Shown here: piece by piece, positions 58,355-64,000 of the stretch
How the letters are laid out: each line of letters starts with the position of its first letter
Numbering within the stretch: the first letter of the stretch is position 1
Assembly (NCBI GenBank): GCA_965204375.1
Contig: OZ241986.1
Span: 1,152,001 to 1,216,000 of the forward strand
Direction: 5' to 3'
Source: Candidatus Latescibacterota bacterium
GTDB taxonomy: Bacteria; Latescibacterota; UBA2968
Length of the DNA: 64,000 bases
Made by a program: the position numbers and the translations under genes
The notes under the pieces: generated by a model
Told to the model about the DNA's origin: nothing
Database searches by the model: none
Seen by the model: the letters and a program-made list of their open reading frames with translations, nothing else

Positions 58355-59737
58355 CTATGCTCGCGAGGTTTCCCAACCTTTTTTTAGCACTTTCTCGAGT
58401 TCACTCACTGTTTCGGCATAGCGAGTGTCTTCTGCGGCATTGACGTTTTCTGCGGCATCTTCCCGATGGTCGTAAAGCTCTCGCGCCTTTATCTCTCCCG
58501 TATCTCTCGATTGCCACTCTGTGTAGCGGAAGTCATCGGTCTTGATGGTGTAGCCCATCACGCCTGTGCGTGGATATTGGCTGAAGGCCGCCTGTTTCCA
58601 TGTCCTGTCGGGATTCTCCATCAAGGGAACAAAGCTTTGCCCCTCGAGATGATCGGGTAGCGGTAGATCACACAGGTCGCACAGGGATGGGTACATATCG
58701 ACGAACTCCGTAAGGCCGGATGCCTTTGCGCCGGACTTGCCGCGTTCTGGGGAGCGGATGATCATTGGGGCGTGTGTATCGATGTCGAAGTTTGTGTGCT
58801 TGCACCAGCTGCCGTGTTCGCCGAGTTTCCAGCCGTGATCTCCCCACAGGATTACAACTGTGTTCTCTTTGAGGCCGAGGCGTTCGACTTCGTCGAGTAC
58901 GCGACCGACCTGCGCGTCCATATACGAGACACACGCGCAGTAGCCGTGGACCAATGTGCGCGCCAAGTCCTCGGGTATCGGTCCCTCCTTGGGCATTCCG
59001 AAGTAGCCGCGCAGTTCTCCGAATTCAGTGAGAGAATACTCGGTTACGTTTTCCGGCGCACTGGTATTCAGGGCGAGTGGCAATGCTTCCCGATCGTAAA
59101 CGTCCCAGTGATGCTTTGGGGCGTTGAAGGGCAGATGGGGTTTGTGAAAGCCCACGGCGAGGAAGAAGGGTTGATCGCGCAATTCGTTGAGGGTCTTGAT
59201 CGCCTGATCGGCGTCCTTGCCGTCGTGATAGGCGTCGTCGGGCACGTCCGCGGCTTCAAAAGCCGGTCCCAGACCCCGTCGTGTGGAGCCTTCGGCGGTC
59301 AATAGGGCATCTGTGCGCTCAATCACTTCCATCGCTTCATCCGTCAAATAGCCCCGTCCCTTCCAATCACCTGTTGAGACGTGTGGTTCACTGGACCATC
59401 CTTGCAGATCGTCGTTTCGATGGTGATAGATTTTTCCGATGGATCGCGTCTCGTAGCCGTGCTGCTTGAAGTGCTGTGGTAGCGAGAGTACATCGGGCAT
59501 GACAGACCGCAAGGGGGTCTGTAAATCGTAAATTGTCGTCGTATCCGGGCGGCAGCCGCTGAGAACGCTCGATCGAGAAGGCGCGCATACGGCTTGCTGG
59601 CAGTAGGCCCGCTCAAAGAGGACGCCCTCTGCGGCTAATTGGTCGATGTTCGGAGATTGTACGAAATTCTGACCATAACAACCGAGTTGCGGGCGAAGAT
59701 CATCTACGGCGATGAATAACACGTTCATTTTGTTCAC
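58355..59737 (-). CDS. Sulfatase (iduronate-2-sulfatase-like)
   Basis: NVLFIAVDDLRP, CAPSR, GKIYH, GFHKPHLPF, WGDHGW. Confidence 0.9.
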   Translation of the reverse strand: MNKMNVLFIAVDDLRPQLGCYGQNFVQSPNIDQLAAEGVLFERAYCQQAVCAPSRSSVLSGCRPDTTTIYDLQTPLRSVMPDVLSLPQHFKQHGYETRSIGKIYHHRNDDLQGWSSEPHVSTGDWKGRGYLTDEAMEVIERTDALLTAEGSTRRGLGPAFEAADVPDDAYHDGKDADQAIKTLNELRDQPFFLAVGFHKPHLPFNAPKHHWDVYDREALPLALNTSAPENVTEYSLTEFGELRGYFGMPKEGPIPEDLARTLVHGYCACVSYMDAQVGRVLDEVERLGLKENTVVILWGDHGWKLGEHGSWCKHTNFDIDTHAPMIIRSPERGKSGAKASGLTEFVDMYPSLCDLCDLPLPDHLEGQSFVPLMENPDRTWKQAAFSQYPRTGVMGYTIKTDDFRYTEWQSRDTGEIKARELYDHREDAAENVNAAEDTRYAETVSELEKVLKKGWETSRA

Positions 59738-59856
59738 AGTTCCTCCCTGAGAATTAAAAATTAGAAGTTAGGCGTTTATTCAGAGCTTGCGTGAGGCAAT
59801 ATAAGAGTGTAAATATAAAAATCAAGTTTGGGATTAAACCGAATCAATGGGTGGGG

Positions 59857-59887
59857 TTCGTCTATTCGTCTATTCGTTGATTCGTCT
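59857..59887 (-). repeat. ACGAATAG 8-nt repeat array
   Basis: 59861-59881 is the exact reverse complement of 5399-5419 (21 nt). Confidence 0.7.
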
Positions 59888-59888
59888 G

Positions 59889-59918
59889 TTGACAAGACAA
59901 GTTCTGTGATACCATATT
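59889..59918 (+). promoter_or_regulatory. Sigma70 promoter candidate
   Basis: TTGACA-N18-CATATT upstream of AGGAGG-ATG. Confidence 0.45.
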
Positions 59919-59964
59919 ACGAACATGGGATTGGCGATTTTGAACGCTAAATCAGGAGGGTATC

Positions 59965-60867
59965 ATGGCGCAGGATACTGTAAGAGAGGTCACGACGAGC
60001 ACGGTTCCCCATAGAGTTCTGGGCAAGACCGGAGAGCGGGTGCCTATTCTGGGGTATGGATCGGCTCCCGGTGGGATGGGACTTTCGGATGAGGATGCTA
60101 TTGCACTTTGCCATAAGGTGATTGATCTGGGAGTGACGTATATCGATACGGCGCCCGGATATGGTCGGGCGCATGTGCAACTGGGGCAGGTGATGGCAGA
60201 GCGGCGAGATGAGGTGTTTTTAGTGACCAAGACAGCGGCTGATGAAGCGGAACAAGCCCTGAAGATATTGGAGAATGGGCTGAAAGATTTGCAGACGGAT
60301 CATGTGGATCTGGTTTATGTGCATTCGATGGGCCATAGAGATGTCGATCGGGTGTTGGCTCCCGATGGTGCGCTGGCAGGGTTGCGGGAAGCCCAGCGGC
60401 GGGGTTGGACGCGATTTGTAGGGGTTACCGCGCACAATGCACCCTGGAGGACCGCTCGCGTGTTGCGGGAGGCGGATATAGATGTGGTGATGCTCGCCAT
60501 AAATCTCGCGGATCGCTATACTTATAATTTTGAGAATGAGGTGTTGCCTCTGGCGTATGAGCGGAATGTGGGCGTGGCGGCAATGAAGGTTTATGGCGGA
60601 GCGCAGGGAATGACGTATCAAACGCCCAGGACTTCGGCTTTGACCGCGCATGGCCCACACGACCACGAGGCAGCACTGCGTTACGCGCTGGGATTGCCCG
60701 GCGTTTGCACGGCTGTGATTGGCATGTTTTCGGAGGTAGAGCTGGTGCAGAATCTGGAATGGGCGCGGAGATTTACGCCGCTGAATGCTGCGGATGATAT
60801 TGCTCTTGAGGCTCTTGGCCGAGAGATTGCGGCGGAATGGGGACCGCATTACGGCGCAGTGGAGTAG
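59965..60867 (+). CDS. Aldo/keto reductase
   Basis: LGKTG, IDTAPGYG, LVTK, LQTDHVDL..VH, AMKV. Confidence 0.9.
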   Translation: MAQDTVREVTTSTVPHRVLGKTGERVPILGYGSAPGGMGLSDEDAIALCHKVIDLGVTYIDTAPGYGRAHVQLGQVMAERRDEVFLVTKTAADEAEQALKILENGLKDLQTDHVDLVYVHSMGHRDVDRVLAPDGALAGLREAQRRGWTRFVGVTAHNAPWRTARVLREADIDVVMLAINLADRYTYNFENEVLPLAYERNVGVAAMKVYGGAQGMTYQTPRTSALTAHGPHDHEAALRYALGLPGVCTAVIGMFSEVELVQNLEWARRFTPLNAADDIALEALGREIAAEWGPHYGAVE

Positions 60868-60875
60868 CGTAAAAA

Positions 60876-62858
60876 ATGGCTGAAATCAAAAGGAAACTCT
60901 TCCCATCATCTGTGTTGGCCGAAGATAGCTTGCGCTGGACCGTCGTGGTGCTTTTCTCGGCCACATTGGTTTTTGCCTGTGTTGCCGCAACGTTTTTGGA
61001 GTTCAAATCTCGTTCTGCACATATGGCGATGGCGAATCTGCCTCTGGCGGTGTTGTTGCCCTTTGTGGCATGGCTTCTGGTGAATGCTTTTTTGAAGCGG
61101 TTCGCGCCCCGCTTGTCCATGACTTCTGCAGAGTTGAGGCTTGCGTTGAGCATGCTCTGGGTGGGCGGGTCATTTGCGGGGTATAACTGGATTACGCAGT
61201 GGGTGGGCGCGATGGCGGCGCCGAGATATTATGCGTCGCCCGAGAACCGGTGGCAAGAGTTGATTTTTGACTATTTGCCCTGGTGGATGTTTCCCTCGAA
61301 TTTTCCCGGGGTGACAGAGGGGTTTTTTCTGGGGCTGGAGGAGGGGGCGGCAGTGCCGTGGGGAGCGTGGATAGCTCCGATTTTTTGGGCGATGTCCGCC
61401 GGGTTGGCGATGACGGCTATTGGGCTGGGCTTGACAGCGGTGTTCCAGAAGCAGTGGGTTCGGCACGAACGGTTGACGTATCCACTGGCACAGGTTCCCC
61501 TCGATTTGACGGAAGGATTCGATGGCAAGCGCGGCTGGCCTCCGTTTATGCGGAATTGGTTGTTCTGGGTGGGGTTTGCCGTGGCTGCTTTCCCTTTGTT
61601 GTGGAATCTGATCGAATACTGGACGCCGGGTTTTCCCAGACTGGCGATTTTTGACCCTTATTACGGCCCAAGAGGTCCCAGGGGTGCTGCATTGTCGCGT
61701 TATTTGCAGCCGTTCTCTTATCGGATTTTACCCCCTGTGCTGGGGTTCACCTTTTTGTGCGATCTGAATATCCTGTTTAGCATCTGGTCTTTGTGGCTGG
61801 TCGGTCAGGTGGGGCTTTATGGGATGTCCAGGGTTGGATTTTCAGTGGGTTTGGCCGGGCAAGAGGCTAAACCCACTGCGATTTTGGGCTTGTTCACCCA
61901 TGGCGTGAGCATGGGGCTGGCGGTCTGGGCAATTTGGGTTGCTCGCGGTCATCTGCGGAAGGTTTTTCAGCAGGTGTTACGCCCGCCTGTAGGCGGGGAG
62001 ACGGAAACCGCGATTTTGTCTCCCCGATTAGCCGTGTTTGGGATTTTGGGCGGCGGTATTTATATGGCTTTCTGGTTGTACAGTGCGGGTTATAGCGCGG
62101 GGATTGGGCTGGCCTGGCTGTTGCTTTTCTGGGCGAGTATTCTGGTGGTGATGAAGTTTTTGGCGGCGAGTGGGTTTGCGTATCTCTTTCCGAGTTTTGG
62201 TACTTCGATTCTGGATATGACAGTGGGAGCCAGCCGGATGCAGGAATCTACGCTGGTAGGACTTCGGCTGGTGAATTGGCGTTTGCTGGCAGGTTGGCGT
62301 TTGCCGGCAGCATTGCCCCATGTGGAACGCCTGGTGAGGCCGGCAAAACGGGTTGGTTTGGTGGTAATTGGGAGCCTGATGCTGGGGATGCTGGCGGCAA
62401 TTATTTACACAGTTGCCATCTGCTATGAATCGGGGGGGAGCACTTTCCGCACATGGTCTTTGGTGGGTGCGCCAGTGGGGATGTACGAAGGCATTGCCAA
62501 GGCGGTTGCAGAAACGAACCCGACGGTGACCGATCCGGGAAAAATTGGCGTGTGGGTTCTGGGCGGTGTGATCGCGGGGATTATTCAGGTGATGCAGAGT
62601 CGGTTTTCCTGGTGGCCGTTTCATCCGCTGGGTGTGATGCTGATGTCGAGCGGTTATGTTCGGCTCTATGTGCTGGATATTTTTCTGGTGTGGCTGAGCA
62701 AATTGCTGGTTCTCAGTTTTGGAGGTATTTCACTTTATCGAAAGGTTAAGCCGTGTTGTTATGGGTTGATTGTGGGGTATGTGTTTGCCGTGGGATGCTC
62801 TTTTTTGATTGATTTGATCTGGTTTTCAGAAGGCGGACATTATATTCACGGGTATTAG
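60876..62858 (+). CDS. Polytopic membrane protein, DUF6785/DUF6784-like
   Basis: QWVRHERLTYP and WWPFHPLG; paralog of 10307-12295. Confidence 0.7.
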   Translation: MAEIKRKLFPSSVLAEDSLRWTVVVLFSATLVFACVAATFLEFKSRSAHMAMANLPLAVLLPFVAWLLVNAFLKRFAPRLSMTSAELRLALSMLWVGGSFAGYNWITQWVGAMAAPRYYASPENRWQELIFDYLPWWMFPSNFPGVTEGFFLGLEEGAAVPWGAWIAPIFWAMSAGLAMTAIGLGLTAVFQKQWVRHERLTYPLAQVPLDLTEGFDGKRGWPPFMRNWLFWVGFAVAAFPLLWNLIEYWTPGFPRLAIFDPYYGPRGPRGAALSRYLQPFSYRILPPVLGFTFLCDLNILFSIWSLWLVGQVGLYGMSRVGFSVGLAGQEAKPTAILGLFTHGVSMGLAVWAIWVARGHLRKVFQQVLRPPVGGETETAILSPRLAVFGILGGGIYMAFWLYSAGYSAGIGLAWLLLFWASILVVMKFLAASGFAYLFPSFGTSILDMTVGASRMQESTLVGLRLVNWRLLAGWRLPAALPHVERLVRPAKRVGLVVIGSLMLGMLAAIIYTVAICYESGGSTFRTWSLVGAPVGMYEGIAKAVAETNPTVTDPGKIGVWVLGGVIAGIIQVMQSRFSWWPFHPLGVMLMSSGYVRLYVLDIFLVWLSKLLVLSFGGISLYRKVKPCCYGLIVGYVFAVGCSFLIDLIWFSEGGHYIHGY

Positions 62859-62862
62859 GGAG

Positions 62863-64000
62863 TTACTCACGAGAGAGGTGTGGCAGATAACCTTGTTGCT
62901 GGAGTACTTGAATCAGGGATTCGGGGGTTGCCACATTGTTGAGGCTCGCAGTGGTTGGAGAAATGCGGTCGTCTAATGCCTGGGCAATGCGGGGTTGGGC
63001 GTAGAGTTCGTCGAGCAATTCTCGCGTGGCGGTTTTGACTCGTCCGATGGCGGGGAGGATTTCGATCTCGCCGTATTTATCGTCACATTCGGCAATTAAA
63101 GTATCGACCATGTCGGGCAGGCCGCTTGCGCTGTGCTGTGTCAAAAATGAGCGTATCTCGTCCCCTGACAAACCGCGCGCGAATGCGCGGTGAATCGAGT
63201 CGCTAGAGAGATGGAAACACGCCATTACATCCTGTGTTTTGAGGTCGCCGAGGACGCACAGTCTGAGATAGTGCGCGCAAGGAAGATCCGGCGGAGATAA
63301 AACTTCAAAATTGGGCTGTACAACAAATTTTGCCTCTGAATTTTGCAGGGGTATTTGTTCGGTCAGTGCATGGTCATGCGTGTCGTGCAATAGAGCGTAG
63401 CCCGCAGGGGTGATCTGAAAGACTGCCTTTTTGCTGTGCTGCAATGGTGTGGAGAAATTGGGGAAGTTGCCCACGCGGACGACGCCCATCCATGTGAGCG
63501 CACCTGTGATGGTGCGGCGCAGCAATTCATCGGCGGTGGTTCCGGTATGGGATGGGTCTTTGGCAAAATGTCGAAAAGGCTCTGAAAGACGCGTCAGAAA
63601 TTGATAATACGATGGGTACTTCATCCATGTGTCGGTGGGGCAATGCCGAAGGCTTCGCACGATTTCACTGCGGATATTCTTGAGCACTTGCATTCGGGCA
63701 CTGGTGGCTTTGGTGCGGTCGGAAGACCACTCATTCCACCGTTCGCTGTGAAACCAGAATTCAAAGCACGCCTTGCGTATGTCGATGATTTGCCCTACCC
63801 GGGTGCCGGCATCCGGGGTGGTATGCCAGACTGTGCCCTGGGGGATTACCAGTCCCTTTGTTTCGGCAAAGAGCGTGAGAAATTCAATATAGCCCGGATC
63901 GTCCTGGATATGGCAGTATTTGTTCGCGTCGCGCAAGTCGGTTTTGGATATGCCGCCGTGTTTGAGCCTGCGGGGCAAGCGTTGTGTAACAATGCCGAGC
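62863..64000 (-). CDS. XPB/Helicase_C_3-type helicase-associated domain protein (5' truncated)
   Basis: VVQPNFEV..P, LSSDSIHRA…G…I..FL..HS…P; the ORF runs to the window edge. Confidence 0.7.
   Translation of the reverse strand, partial: LGIVTQRLPRRLKHGGISKTDLRDANKYCHIQDDPGYIEFLTLFAETKGLVIPQGTVWHTTPDAGTRVGQIIDIRKACFEFWFHSERWNEWSSDRTKATSARMQVLKNIRSEIVRSLRHCPTDTWMKYPSYYQFLTRLSEPFRHFAKDPSHTGTTADELLRRTITGALTWMGVVRVGNFPNFSTPLQHSKKAVFQITPAGYALLHDTHDHALTEQIPLQNSEAKFVVQPNFEVLSPPDLPCAHYLRLCVLGDLKTQDVMACFHLSSDSIHRAFARGLSGDEIRSFLTQHSASGLPDMVDTLIAECDDKYGEIEILPAIGRVKTATRELLDELYAQPRIAQALDDRISPTTASLNNVATPESLIQVLQQQGYLPHLSRE

Overview
Bacterial chromosomal window with no rRNA, tRNA or CRISPR array that I can see. 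The gene content (dockerin-tailed S8 protease, Rpn nuclease, two DUF6785-type membrane proteins, several PhyH dioxygenases and sulfatases, many PQQ-like beta-propellers) resembles Latescibacterota/Poribacteria-type, often sponge-associated, bacteria; this placement is inference only. Layout: (1) 1-13 kb housekeeping and accessory genes (S8 protease, rpn, UvrD with an inserted degenerate exonuclease domain, lpxH, glpK, purC). (2) 13.3-40.3 kb, the most notable feature, is a mostly co-oriented enzyme cluster without a PKS, NRPS or RiPP core. It encodes an EhpF/GriC-like adenylating enzyme plus a GriD-like ALDH-fold protein (aryl-carboxylate reductase type), Fe-ADH, HemN-like radical SAM, PaaK-like CoA ligase, halogenase-motif flavoprotein, GT4, thioesterase, DMT and LolD/FtsX-type ABC transporter, TonB receptor and six exported beta-propellers. 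An AAA/DUF4143 gene and a toxin-antitoxin pair interrupt it. (3) 40-55 kb and 58-63 kb sugar/sulfate catabolism and transport genes, plus a frameshifted ferredoxin:thioredoxin reductase. (4) 54.7-58.3 kb AT-richer accessory islet (ParA pair, IS1595-like scrap, Mrr-like nuclease, small ORFs) with a duplicated promoter. Short repeats at gene ends and REP-like elements are scattered throughout. All family calls come from reading motifs by eye, not from database searches.
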